From the IMG/VR virus record IMGVR_UViG_3300033149_000238: DNA of 64,000 bases; one strand, written 5' to 3'. The notes under the pieces were generated by a model. It worked only from the letters and a program-made list of their open reading frames with translations. It did not search any database and was not told the DNA's origin. Both the position numbers and the translations under genes were made by a program. The stretch comes from an uncultured virus (IMG/VR IMGVR_UViG_3300033149_000238). Its lineage: Duplodnaviria > Heunggongvirae > Uroviricota > Caudoviricetes. This document shows positions 21,701 to 29,135 of the stretch, in pieces (position 1 is the first letter of the stretch; the number at the start of each line of letters is the position of its first letter).

Positions 21701-23226
21701 TACAGTTTGGTTCAATATTTAATAATACATATTTAGGAGAGTTGCGTAAAATGTTTGATAATCTTTATGATGATTTATTACCAAACGTTTTCTTAACTAG
21801 AACTAATAAATTTAAAGTATCTGAGATTAATTTGCTTGGAGAGTTAAATCAACAGGCACTAGAGTTTAATCCTAATTTAAGATCTAAAGTTAGAAAAGAT
21901 ATATTAGCATACTTTACTATACAAAATTATATAAATCAAAAATTAGATAGTGATGCATTCTCTGTAGAGGGCATGAATAATAATTTAATTTATCCTTCAG
22001 CAGATAATAAATTAAATACTATTATAAGTGCAGTAGAAAGGCTTAAGAAAACAGATCCTGGAAATTTCTTTTTAGAAAACTTTATAACTACTTTACCAGC
22101 ACAAGCAAAACAGAACTTTGCTGGTATAAATTTAGTAAGATCAAATAGTTGGAGAAGATTGAATAGAATTCAAATGTCTGATTTACAAACTTCATTTAAC
22201 AAATTGTATAATAACTTAGATACAAGAAAAGATGCTAGAAAGATTATAGCATATATTTTTGTAAAAGATGCTATGCAATTAGCTCCTGGTTCTTTGATAC
22301 AAGCTTTAAGCCCATATGTATTAGAAGACTACTTACAATCTATACCTCAGAATCTAGATAACATACCAATGGTAGGAGGAGAGTTTATTAGAAATTATTT
22401 ATCTGCAGCTTCTTCTCAAGATTTATTAGCAATAAAGAAACAAGACAATAGGGTAGAGGATATGCCTATTGTATATAAAACATTAAGCCCTACAGATCCT
22501 ATAACTGGTGAAAGAAAATCAATTACCTATAGAAGATTACAAGAAGAAGATATTGAAGGTATAGAGACAGCACAACAATTAGTACAATCTAATGAATATT
22601 ACACAGATGCTAAAGTTGTAGACATAAAAGGTTCACCTCTTCAGAATGCTATAGGTTTTATATTTGGTGATGTACCATTGACTAAAGATTTAAGAAAGTC
22701 TAATTCACAAATTAAAAATGATGAGGGGTTAGACATGAGTCAGAACTTTGCAGATGCTGCAATTGAGCAGGATATACAAGAAGAGGCTTTAAGTAATCCT
22801 TCTTTCAACACAGTTTATAATGGAGAAGATATAATTATTGAAACTGCAGATGGTACGCAAGTAAATATAGATGATGTAAATAAGCTGGCTAGCTTAGAGG
22901 CAGATTTTCAAGCTGCAACAGATGAGTTAGGTATAGAAGAAGTTGGAATCATAGATGATAATATTGTACCTCCTATAACTGAAAGTGTACAATTGACATT
23001 AGACTTATTAAGTGAGACAGATCCAGCAGTTGGTTATCCTGAAATAACAGAATTCTGGGATAATAATATTGAGTCTGGTGAATTTTCAATGCAAGTAGAA
23101 GCATTTAAAGAGCAAAATAATGTGAATACTCTAGAAGATTTAATAGATTTGTATGAAAATAATCCTAATTCTTTTTGGTCAAAGCCTGAAGATCTAATAG
23201 AACAAATTAAAAGATGTAATTTATAA
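9751..23226 (+). CDS. Giant virion-packaged DNA-dependent RNA polymerase (crAss-like two-barrel RNAP) with zincin domain and N-terminal membrane-like segments (4491 aa)
   Basis: 'RIPSQDKHS...EIAGSDFDIDVGY', with DFDID at nt 20485-20499, the catalytic motif variant of crAss-like/phi14:2 gp66 RNAPs. HEAFH...EEYLAD zincin motif at nt 16135-16149. Gly/Ala-rich hydrophobic helices in the first ~600 aa. Confidence 0.85.
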   Translation: MEQKNTPLSEKLSEERVPGSVANQTTPYVTAKDLFDTRQYGEDYLKMADPAGLLSVERYKSDMFKFGPDVYANLQAPDPGLADVGFNPGGKSETSDLSLADQLVLAAQTPTKYSQDINNPIYGNIVNMNFDRQYNHPSYSELGFKPYADNESYYNANSSKLDDLTRAFGQFGKQFGTGLTASWNAIGDMFDGDGYIDQPDLDGAFNMEEAMRIGSTSRGGAFGTVTNVGLSFGYTAGIITSIAIEELILAAGSAALTSTGVGAPGGVGAFVAGTGRNLFRAGRQIANLFDVKRYASAGMAMARTLNDVKNARQLFNGTAQAVGKIFAPEVTRAISEWNTTGNAAQNLFNLSKSNNLFGAAYRDFRQVNLALAEGKLEAGMVENRVRDNQLRYLNQIQPGQQVTAKQLADIDQKSRQAAFRSQMQNTAIIYFSNKLFLRGALRGWRNGPSKRVVEKLFRTNPLVDPLSGKALKGIYKQQSKYMLGALGQKLKVAGLRGAPRVFAGAMLRYGAGGIAEGIQEVSQEAIAATNEGYYGALLKEPGAAIKPVYGSFAMEGIKDQFSEQGFETFMSGFLMSGLAGPYQQVLFQGMPYLYSRRNKNSRQDYASQKAAEAEVINTAVQQANESSMGQSGAETTPIEQILSPTQMMASLSKNTIDAQDEALTAGDKYNWNNYMYFGNFANLFHKFQNGTIALQEEELKAYNELTDEELVQAFPDEGNAQKIREKLVKQQDLINKYGEMFDKRQDVFKKRYEPKLFTPGTRQYNDEVALKNAYKHMEMFSMFTQGAFEDALQRKTSIASKLSSTPLFGKMSANDVTPLLDSQSLEIEIDRLTQEIEVLQSNLKNVTGLSDLDKKRDKKNLKDKQTRKKRLEAISKVYNSNLTEKGFYDRRKKKSLAGPIKLYLKALASQQGTFVDNDAVNEAIQEIIDYATLSQDAYAFNQTIDYLLDPNKMEDLISRSRDYFRMLGINKNAILRAQIEDYILKNNQNSFLNELAKENIFLDPKEARVFLETGDVNKLRTYIYAGRVLNPTVVEDMKIISTIVNPIIQVYVNSTSVNKVLEEAGIEEAAVEESSVEVKETLNAAGIDVNIKDTSQSKNLQRIYEKQFREYQANTFGDTLLTFNEWKQSPEGLNIKEGFDSLKKIWGAGIQKFDANGNTVQFIPSQQELDEEIGFQDFINNDADTNPTVRDVLQELDVNISIYKTTKAAPSKGVIKEGLVVDLQKRVLDETNPDETTTYALLDKDGNLINDRMKQMIGTNASGTFSALQAAQDAFDLLEKEGSDGTTFLFGGMVLSRGVRVVDNQGNVFVVNTNARGNQTNPTVIYLVPQEQFSANFYANSQAAKQFGPVREEDFIGRYRLQEEIKLEPLGPNFAKLPPDEVIRAWPHQNNRYQADEESRESADQRLNFFIGSLSPEQVDNLVIFIKPGTPNPNPGSYQIPGQDTELNKLPNKYILDRGNEYSIGIQIVEPGILQSLNAAAIEAGITPLADNANGVFAYLPSNQFDFRQDDVVVSPETMSEEFMLSTIYLGDQDPSSALKRVRQNFATAKTLQAAVKKAIGDTQEGTIEVGKLPDNLSLASFQGFPNYTKPNTFTEIASLPLDKGGSTFVVLDVDQISLIPTIITNLEDQTELEEIIEKQLIKQGILDADGKFQQELTNRYNVVLRQPSGLLTVATARPKAQPAADLEIILNEYINEAQKVLETNVTREGNKTEVKDKNITKEFNKKQSKKLFIKSDVKGRQFFLDVTPFGSISLSVKDKVKGPGSQIVGATKYVQVGKTEYLYNQDFSRDDKGEVEVTAKAIFQKLIDKINAPYIARDESPILNIQNFGVSIAQDAPVSDYFSGLESAIDSQNFRKGQKLIITANSKDVQAEADKPTIIESSFVEPVATTEIDQVLVEKDLLSPTNMPDLVSAWLLTEEGSLANQSAAESAGKFALEYNKRFSPTEGLTEEEVTGKDMFNVVGQGLAVMETILDEINRQTLAIEAVKSEARLEEAVTLDTVLKQIKELKEDIKAKTASLSSKEKRQALKENKKLQALYKKRDELRSANKIVDSKLTPKDIEDINVFTGWMETNLPEFITIGDINDLGNNLKGNQERVGNFMINITDIAGGLDVKGTVYTGANNIFRYHEAFHGVYRMLLTKTQQDQYLSIARKEKLAELRKEGKSLASELQKLRNSWPSYKSMSKDRLEREYFEEYLADRFEQFKQDRRGTKTNSKIKAFFNRLIEIIKALVNRFRRNELNTLFENIDAGKFSSASMAVNEFTTGAYGVSVEANKLIPYEAQYENKEDGILYIPSIVAEPIIDTMAGILIEKKFSFVPTSEKPTFILEEELDTIIDDFATLYDVDSKENSQYNQDSPERMMLEKLTLAFEDFSDNIKDSVMNLLDIIDLQSAQQNSNNEIIMADGQEFSSVEDLGGLRTVSQFGKETYLTGGFDNLSARLRQYISTVTMPATDYFGNIELSNGVPFVRPVRANVVYNGLLKALQGLTDPLQIIQKMQLFSETNPDTAAVVSSIFEDAGIIPLNEKDEVINELPLQLKNPDFFNKVVKAFTNFRVEWYFQQRDDNGNTLIHSASQRDDATTQVDNWSEAYTSKLQEWQDDPRKKTRALKTLAKVKNSLRQANEKIQNKTVNKLAKDLSRDLYEAIGFRVSVGYMRFSLLKSRVKKFKNQETELAFYPNLEPITYDQLQALQSLIAAGQDPFDKGIEGAASRIKTIALNNAVLDETVGASVFKNSNGDLVNSHQQPTYHLVKTKKLNSVEERNRLKEDPFLNNNYLLNSQAFNALADNQQIKISRVSGTKILNQLSTELDPNRSSALKTTDFGKFTPGEFIISNINLYLANLNYLTDNVSSFVLVKDPVSGIETEVALSPVLNRVIESSNTGDLTTLPIIKAIEKVKGKDVITSEALDVFYDFVKNEYNRIVRERNADELTQSVQGYNLEDSEVTPRGFTFANNDYLLEPATKVALEGQAKGEPISFEQALKNSGLSVTQFKNQLRKKLGERYLLFKDLIDSNNVREKIDKRIRFGLNENAIDNGVDALYNLRQNDEEYNLKQIFLSNAINVKSLNELLLGDQAKTLKNFNDKTKRAKAQNGAGLSAYTPFIDPQKGINHATDKINLITISEPTSISSISGQSIDNADAQMWITVKAFRHFFFGFGMLSDAQAQALDKVQQGERLEWSEIQNLIDQQGMINSKKLVYFDGETFLKMSAFVLTPELTSKRNADGLFVAKPNAVSLHNLRVRLEALEEGTETVSIAAPLSAIKMLKQDIIPYQELKMPEPGFSQESSTLSAQFMRLQQINPSNKKKITELSQMKTLITNEQSPRLSKKIERYNDLISQRQRMKFFNKRNLSFDENNKFNPVLFSKYAVNSLKASQVNSNIIEFFSLDKFNQPKYNLNNPYTIAKFEQLFLSYFSQDVFQEKVPGTSFALVSSFGYQIYRRVFSVDSNGIPQRQEVLRASVVDRTNIPVDTRTAEDLVGIDIPKEGIVILDRLRYNMPEYDDSGKATGNKYSEGIYPPQFESVYSLQDTDQSIPKVVSDMFTVRIPSQDKHSAMGVRMVDFLPAFYGSSAMFADELVEIAGSDFDIDVGYSQRKDFYVRDKEFIEYGNNYEDYVNYINREVKEVGTIYNSALELYNLQGSLIEDSLTDIEDTSAETAGFSRESIGALQALSLPVTKQQFNEFIAENGYAPYDAPINNEIVDIRRELVGNKEMTSGDMIAYSPANLDIMKAAWETLSSEAFVPSLKSREIVDLQNIDDMAGQTIAFTNNKGASIGSVVSPNLYLSLIVQRGILLDRQSFNLDGEFYSTFKGSKTKDGARKQDIISSVVTMMTDNAKEYFVAKLGLNSHATRMLTNMIAIGVPLNTSLLLLNNQFIQQQYTEIANSDIATKGIKGRVDDQLAELEKVKALEPTQEILIAGVDNMSNLTAGQQKGILSVFKNIMRISDFTAKLNSVLSLNNGLGKDMLRLDKRKSDINDMLEEGRDELPLLQFGSIFNNTYLGELRKMFDNLYDDLLPNVFLTRTNKFKVSEINLLGELNQQALEFNPNLRSKVRKDILAYFTIQNYINQKLDSDAFSVEGMNNNLIYPSADNKLNTIISAVERLKKTDPGNFFLENFITTLPAQAKQNFAGINLVRSNSWRRLNRIQMSDLQTSFNKLYNNLDTRKDARKIIAYIFVKDAMQLAPGSLIQALSPYVLEDYLQSIPQNLDNIPMVGGEFIRNYLSAASSQDLLAIKKQDNRVEDMPIVYKTLSPTDPITGERKSITYRRLQEEDIEGIETAQQLVQSNEYYTDAKVVDIKGSPLQNAIGFIFGDVPLTKDLRKSNSQIKNDEGLDMSQNFADAAIEQDIQEEALSNPSFNTVYNGEDIIIETADGTQVNIDDVNKLASLEADFQAATDELGIEEVGIIDDNIVPPITESVQLTLDLLSETDPAVGYPEITEFWDNNIESGEFSMQVEAFKEQNNVNTLEDLIDLYENNPNSFWSKPEDLIEQIKRCNL

Positions 23227-26200
23227 TGAAGTGTCCTAATAAAAATACAGTTAAGTATAAAGCTTTACTAGCAGTTTATAAAACAGATTTGATGACAACT
23301 AACGTAATTCAAAGCTGGCAACGAGCTACAGGTAGTGAGGCTATTCCAACAGTAACAGAAGCAAGAAACTATGCTTCAGAAAAAAGAGCTTTACATAATT
23401 TAAAGCAAAGAGAATTTGGTGAGTCATTATTAAATAATCTAAGAAGAGAAAGAATTATTCATAGTTTTCAAGGTGCTTACTATATTAATAATACAGAGCA
23501 AGGAGTTGATGCTATTAGACCTAGTGATGATCTAGTTAAATCTAATATCAAAAGACTGAAAAGATATTTAGAAATAAATAATTTACCTGAGTCTTCAATA
23601 AAACTAGACAAGACACCTAAGACTTTTGCTGTTACTGTTGATGCATCTTTGTTTTCTGCTAAAGATATGATTGAGAAATCTAGATCATGGGACATGACTA
23701 GAGCAAGGCATGTAGTTAAACATTTAGTTAGACTATTCCCTGGTGTTAATGTAAAACTTTTATCACCAACTCAAGCACAAAAACAATATGATAACTTACC
23801 TAAGTGGCAAAAAGCAAAAGTTCCATTTGCCAACATAAACTCTTACTTTGTTAATAATGAAGTAGTGCTTGTCAAAGGTAGAGTTACTGATGAAACAGCA
23901 ATAGAAGAAGTATTACACCCCTTTATAGAGGCGGTTAAGGTTGATAATATACCATTGTTTGAAAGCTTATTAAAAGAAGCCAAGACAAACTTTCCTGAGA
24001 TGACACAGCAAATAGAGGATGCTTATAACTCTAAAAGAAGAGTGAATGCTGAAGAAAGAGAAATGGAGATAGTAACTCAAGCATTGAGTAGACACTTCAA
24101 TAAAGAATATGAAGAGGCTCCTACACAATCATTTAAAGATGTAATAGGAAGATTATTAGAGTGGTTTAGAAATATGATACAAAACTTCAACCAATATCTA
24201 ACAGGAAGAAGAATACCTGTATCTAATATTAATCCAAATGCTAGCATGTCTGACATAGCAAAACTGTTAAATACCAATGGTATTAGATTTGAGATAGGTA
24301 GAAAACCAAATGGAAGAGTTAGATATAGTTTATCTGATGGCAAACAAGCAATAGTAAATCAAGCTAATGCTGTAGCTTCTACTGATCAACAGCGTATAGT
24401 AGTTAAAAATTTGTTTCAAGCAGTACAAGAATCTAAAAATGAATCAGATACTTTGGCAGGTACTAATCCTAGCACATTTGTAAATAATTTAGTAGTATAT
24501 AATAATTCTAATAATAGTTTTTATGATCTAAATAGTAACTTAAGATACTTATCAACTGGTGATGCAATAGGAAATAGAGATACATTTAAGGACTCTCTTA
24601 GTATAGATTATAGAAAAGTATTAGATGCTATAGCACTAAATCAGACTTATCAAGATATACAAAGTGATATAAGTATTTCTGAAGAAGTATTTAATAATAT
24701 AAATGACTCTATAGCAACCCTTAGACAAGAAGGAGATGTACTAGTAACTAATGTAGTTTTTTCTGATCCTAAGTCTAAGATAGCGGGTATTGCTGATTTA
24801 GTAATGATAGATAAGTTTGGTAAGATTAGAATATCTAAACTATCTATAGATAAAGGAGATGGAAATAAAATTGTTAAGATACCATCTGAATCTTTATTAG
24901 GAAACAATAACATAACAAGTCTGAGCCAGGATGTATTAGACATGCTTGAAGTAAATCTACTAAGAAGAATGGTAGAAAACCAAGGATATAAAGTAGAGAT
25001 GCAAGAAGATAACCTTGAAGCAAGTACGTTTAAGATAGAGCAAGACGGAATAAATATAATTCCAAGACCTATAAGTCAGAATAAATATCTAGTAGATTTA
25101 TTAATTGCAGAAAATTTATATGATTTAGCCGGTGAACAACTAGACAAAGAGTTTGAACAAGGCGGATTAGATGGTCAACTTTATGATGCAAGAACTGATG
25201 ATAATGATCTAGGAGAAGTAACTCAAATTGATCCATATGAGAATCAACCTTTAAGTTATTTATTAGGTGCTATAGATGAATACAAAACAAGAGTTATATC
25301 TAAAAAAGAAATGCTTAATAAGGCTAAGAATAATATATTTATTGATAGATCAAAACCAGGAATGATAAGCCAAATAGATAACACTTTGTCTATTATAAAC
25401 TTTGCATTAGCAGATCCTAAAAACAACCAAGATGTTTCTGTAGCATATACTCAGTTATTGCAGGATGCTTTCAGACAAATGAAAGAATATAAAGAATATA
25501 TAATTGATCCTAATAATTTTGCAAAGCCAGAATTTGCAGATTATCTTTCAAATTTTGAAAAGTATTTAAAAACTTTTGAGGGATTATATATTTTAAAAGA
25601 ACCAGGTTATGAAGAGTTAAATGCAACTCAAAGGTATTTAATTAATAACATTGAAGGTATAGTTAATGAATTATTAGGCCCTCCATCCGAAAGAGAGAAT
25701 GGTAGACAAGGTTTAATAAATAGAGCTTTGTTTGACTTTGTTGCTGATGTAATTGTAGCAAATGTACAAAGTGGTTTTGATGAAGGGGAAAATACTGTAC
25801 TTCAGTCTCATTCTCAGATGACATTTACAATTGCAGATATGGAAGCACTGTTAACAGTTGTACCTGATATTGGAATGGGTGAAAGATTTTTAAGAGATGT
25901 ATCTTCTGGTAGAGATGCATTATTAGCAACATTAGATAAAGTTTATAAAAGAAAATGGCTAGACTACTTACAAAGAAGAGAAAATAGACAAAAAAGAATA
26001 GTTGAACCTCTTGAAAAATTAAGAAAGTTACAACCAAATGTAAAAGCTAATAGACGGTATGACTTTATGCTTAACTTTGAGGAGGATGGATCTTTATCAG
26101 AGGATGCATATGTTAAGAAGATAGGGCCTCAGTATGAAAAAATGAAACAAGAAATACGCCTAAAACAATTAGATTCTAATGGTGTACCTTTTGTTTATGC

Positions 26201-29072
26201 TCCGGTATATAATTTAGTTGAAGCACAAAAGAGTGAGCAAGGACGTAAAGATATAGAGTATAATAAAAAACTTGCAGATGTAAAGAGAGAGTTTTCTGAC
26301 TTTATGAGAGCAGAAAAAACTGTTGACGGAAGACCTGTTGATGGAGATTTCCATAGATATAGTGAAGAGTTTAAAGCAGCAAGAGCAAAGAATGAGGTAT
26401 GGAATGGTAAGATGTGGCAGAAGCGTAGAGGTTTAAGTGACACTGACTATAATATGTATAGAGCTCAGTACTATGAAGATACTAGATACACCAAAGCATT
26501 TAGAAAGAATGGTGTACCTACCGGACAAGTAAAACTAGATGCTAAGTTTTCATTTGTAAGGCCAGAGTTTGTAGAGATAAGAGAGCAAGCTGCAGACGGT
26601 ATGGATATGAGAAGTCAAAAGTATATAGACATTATGGAGCCCAAGGTTAATGATGCATTAGCTCAAGCACGTAGAGAAGTATATGATATGTTTATTGAAG
26701 AGTATGCTGATGGACCAAATGCATTACTTAACTTATTACCTAGAGATGTAAGAAATCAAATGTTAGGTAAGATACCTGTAGTTAGAGACAACTTAGCAAC
26801 TAATTTAAAATCTGATCCTGCTGGTGGTTTATTTATAAGACTATGGGCTAAGACACAAAGATCAATAAAAAATCTTTTTACTTCAACTACTGAACAAAAG
26901 ACTGTTATTATAGATGAGCAGGGAAGGATGGTAGACACTCTTCCTATAATGTTTACAGGTAATCCAAGAGTTGAAGAAAGACTTACTAAGCTTGAAAATC
27001 AAATAAAACAACTAAAACTAGATTATAAAAATAAAAAAATTGGTCTTGCACAGTACACAAAAGAAAGAGCTTTGTTAGAATCTAAAGTACAAAAGCAAAG
27101 ATCACAACCTACGCTAGGTGAAGTAAGTACAGATTTAGGTTCAAGTTTACTTATGTTCTCTGATATGGCAGAAAAGTTTGCAGCTTTAGGAGAAATAGAA
27201 GGAACTATAAATGCTTTAATTAAAGTTATAGAGAAGAGAGAATATATAGAGCCAGGAGGAAATAAGTTTACAGGAGTTTTAGATAAAATTATTCCAGAGA
27301 AATTTAATCTTAAAGGTAGACAAGGACTAGGAAAAGATCAAGCTAATGTTGTAGCAAGGGCACATAAATGGGCCAAGATGGTATTCTATGATAATGATGA
27401 AATAAGCAAAGGCTTTTGGGATAAGTTTGCTATGGGTTTAATTACATGGTCATCTCAATCTTATGTTGCATGGAATATCTTTGGTAATATAAACAACTTA
27501 GCAATTGCACAAATCAACAACGCAATTGAAGGTGTAGCAAATAGATTTATAACTAGAGGGTCTTATCTGAGAGCTGAAGCATTATATACTAAAGAAGCAT
27601 TACCAGGTATAGTAAAAAGAACTGGAGCAGTAGCAACTGAAGCTGCAGATATATTTCTTGGTAGTGAAGAAGCACCAGTTGGTGCAATTAAAGGTGGTGT
27701 TATAGGATCTGTTATAGGAACAGCTGTTGCTGGTCCACTTGGTACTGCTGTAGGTGGAGCTATAGGTGGTAGTACTGGAGCATTTATATCTGGTAAAGAA
27801 CTTAAAGAGCGTAGTTACAAACCAGATCAAGCTAATAATAAATATGAAGGATTAGGTGAGTATTGGAGAATGATGGATGCAGATGTAGATATACGTGAAT
27901 CTGGTATGGATAATACTAGAGGCCAACAAAATAGATTTCAAAGAGGTATGAGCATAGGTTATCTATTTCAGGATGGTTTTGAATATGCAGTACAAACTAA
28001 AATAGGAACTGGTATACTTGGAGATGTTCAGGTGATAGACTCTAAGACTGGAGAATCTTCTAATCTTATAGATGCAGCAAACTTTAATCCTATTACAGGA
28101 AAAATATACTATGACAAAAAGTGGGATACAATAATACCTGAGTACAAAACAGGAATCAAAGTCCCAATTGAAAATGATGCATTAAATGATCAGGGATCTA
28201 AAATATATGCAGATATAAGAAACAAAATTAGAGATGTAAATAAAGAAGTGCATGGTAACTATGCTAGAATGGATAGAACAGTAGTCCAATCTTTCTGGTT
28301 AGGTAAGCTATTATTCCAATTTAAAAAATGGTTACCACCAGCATTAAGAGCAAGATATCAAGGTGAATACTTTAATAGTACCTTAGGTTGGATGGAAGGA
28401 AGATATGCAAGTACTTGGAAGCTGGCAGCATATTTAAAAAAGAATATAGTCAAAGGTAGATTAGACTTACGTAATATTATAAGTGAGTATAAAGATGAAC
28501 TGAAAGCAGACATGAACAGCTCACCTCAAGGGCCAATGAATGAAGATGGTAGCCCAATGGGAGCAGCAAGTATAGCTCAAAGAATAGATAATAAAATTAA
28601 GAATGTAAATAGAACTATGGCTGAAGCATCATTTATTATAATGTCTCTTTTATTATTTTCAATGTTAGACAAAGCCTGGGATGATGATGAAGATGATGAT
28701 CTATGGGTAAAGAAGCTTAAGAACTGGAGCAAGTATCAAACAGATAGAGTTTATACAGAATTAATTTTATTTGTTCCATTCTTTGGTATGGGTGAAGCAT
28801 CAGGTTTCTTAGAGCGTCCTATAGCATCCACAAGAACATTAGGAGCACTAACAGAAGCATTAACGCTTTCTGTACAGACACCTTATAACTGGATATCTAG
28901 AGAATCAGACCAAGAATTTTACCAAAATAAAGATATAGTTTATCAGAACAGACCTAGAAAAGGACAATTGAAAGTATATAAGCAGTGGAAAGATGCCTTA
29001 CCAATATTATATACTCTACAAAAATGGACTACATTTGAAAAAATGGATAATTTCTATCTGGGAAATAACTAA
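23226..29072 (+). CDS. Large internal virion/ejection protein (1948 aa) with degenerate zincin-like and nuclease-like motifs and a glycine zipper
   Basis: TAATG-coupled to the RNAP gene. EEVLH at 23904-23918, 'IAGIADLVMIDKFGKIRI' at ~24780-24835, glycine zipper at ~27680-27795, hydrophobic C-terminal helices. Confidence 0.6.
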   Translation: MKCPNKNTVKYKALLAVYKTDLMTTNVIQSWQRATGSEAIPTVTEARNYASEKRALHNLKQREFGESLLNNLRRERIIHSFQGAYYINNTEQGVDAIRPSDDLVKSNIKRLKRYLEINNLPESSIKLDKTPKTFAVTVDASLFSAKDMIEKSRSWDMTRARHVVKHLVRLFPGVNVKLLSPTQAQKQYDNLPKWQKAKVPFANINSYFVNNEVVLVKGRVTDETAIEEVLHPFIEAVKVDNIPLFESLLKEAKTNFPEMTQQIEDAYNSKRRVNAEEREMEIVTQALSRHFNKEYEEAPTQSFKDVIGRLLEWFRNMIQNFNQYLTGRRIPVSNINPNASMSDIAKLLNTNGIRFEIGRKPNGRVRYSLSDGKQAIVNQANAVASTDQQRIVVKNLFQAVQESKNESDTLAGTNPSTFVNNLVVYNNSNNSFYDLNSNLRYLSTGDAIGNRDTFKDSLSIDYRKVLDAIALNQTYQDIQSDISISEEVFNNINDSIATLRQEGDVLVTNVVFSDPKSKIAGIADLVMIDKFGKIRISKLSIDKGDGNKIVKIPSESLLGNNNITSLSQDVLDMLEVNLLRRMVENQGYKVEMQEDNLEASTFKIEQDGINIIPRPISQNKYLVDLLIAENLYDLAGEQLDKEFEQGGLDGQLYDARTDDNDLGEVTQIDPYENQPLSYLLGAIDEYKTRVISKKEMLNKAKNNIFIDRSKPGMISQIDNTLSIINFALADPKNNQDVSVAYTQLLQDAFRQMKEYKEYIIDPNNFAKPEFADYLSNFEKYLKTFEGLYILKEPGYEELNATQRYLINNIEGIVNELLGPPSERENGRQGLINRALFDFVADVIVANVQSGFDEGENTVLQSHSQMTFTIADMEALLTVVPDIGMGERFLRDVSSGRDALLATLDKVYKRKWLDYLQRRENRQKRIVEPLEKLRKLQPNVKANRRYDFMLNFEEDGSLSEDAYVKKIGPQYEKMKQEIRLKQLDSNGVPFVYAPVYNLVEAQKSEQGRKDIEYNKKLADVKREFSDFMRAEKTVDGRPVDGDFHRYSEEFKAARAKNEVWNGKMWQKRRGLSDTDYNMYRAQYYEDTRYTKAFRKNGVPTGQVKLDAKFSFVRPEFVEIREQAADGMDMRSQKYIDIMEPKVNDALAQARREVYDMFIEEYADGPNALLNLLPRDVRNQMLGKIPVVRDNLATNLKSDPAGGLFIRLWAKTQRSIKNLFTSTTEQKTVIIDEQGRMVDTLPIMFTGNPRVEERLTKLENQIKQLKLDYKNKKIGLAQYTKERALLESKVQKQRSQPTLGEVSTDLGSSLLMFSDMAEKFAALGEIEGTINALIKVIEKREYIEPGGNKFTGVLDKIIPEKFNLKGRQGLGKDQANVVARAHKWAKMVFYDNDEISKGFWDKFAMGLITWSSQSYVAWNIFGNINNLAIAQINNAIEGVANRFITRGSYLRAEALYTKEALPGIVKRTGAVATEAADIFLGSEEAPVGAIKGGVIGSVIGTAVAGPLGTAVGGAIGGSTGAFISGKELKERSYKPDQANNKYEGLGEYWRMMDADVDIRESGMDNTRGQQNRFQRGMSIGYLFQDGFEYAVQTKIGTGILGDVQVIDSKTGESSNLIDAANFNPITGKIYYDKKWDTIIPEYKTGIKVPIENDALNDQGSKIYADIRNKIRDVNKEVHGNYARMDRTVVQSFWLGKLLFQFKKWLPPALRARYQGEYFNSTLGWMEGRYASTWKLAAYLKKNIVKGRLDLRNIISEYKDELKADMNSSPQGPMNEDGSPMGAASIAQRIDNKIKNVNRTMAEASFIIMSLLLFSMLDKAWDDDEDDDLWVKKLKNWSKYQTDRVYTELILFVPFFGMGEASGFLERPIASTRTLGALTEALTLSVQTPYNWISRESDQEFYQNKDIVYQNRPRKGQLKVYKQWKDALPILYTLQKWTTFEKMDNFYLGNN

Positions 29073-29075
29073 TTT

Positions 29076-29094
29076 TTTGTATATTATTATTATA
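29076..29094 (+). promoter_or_regulatory. Putative phage promoter motif TTTGTATATTATTATTATA
   Basis: Intergenic copy of the recurrent motif, upstream of the envelope operon; identical to 34232-34250. Confidence 0.6.
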
Positions 29095-29135
29095 CAAACC
29101 AACTTACTATCTTATTAATTAAATTAAATTCAAAT

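Noticed and set aside
892..28000. Many short - strand ORFs opposite the large structural genes, and short + strand ORFs opposite the RNR and replication genes
   Set aside because: Antisense shadows of long coding frames with Ser/Leu/Phe-rich composition; no motifs or independent signals.
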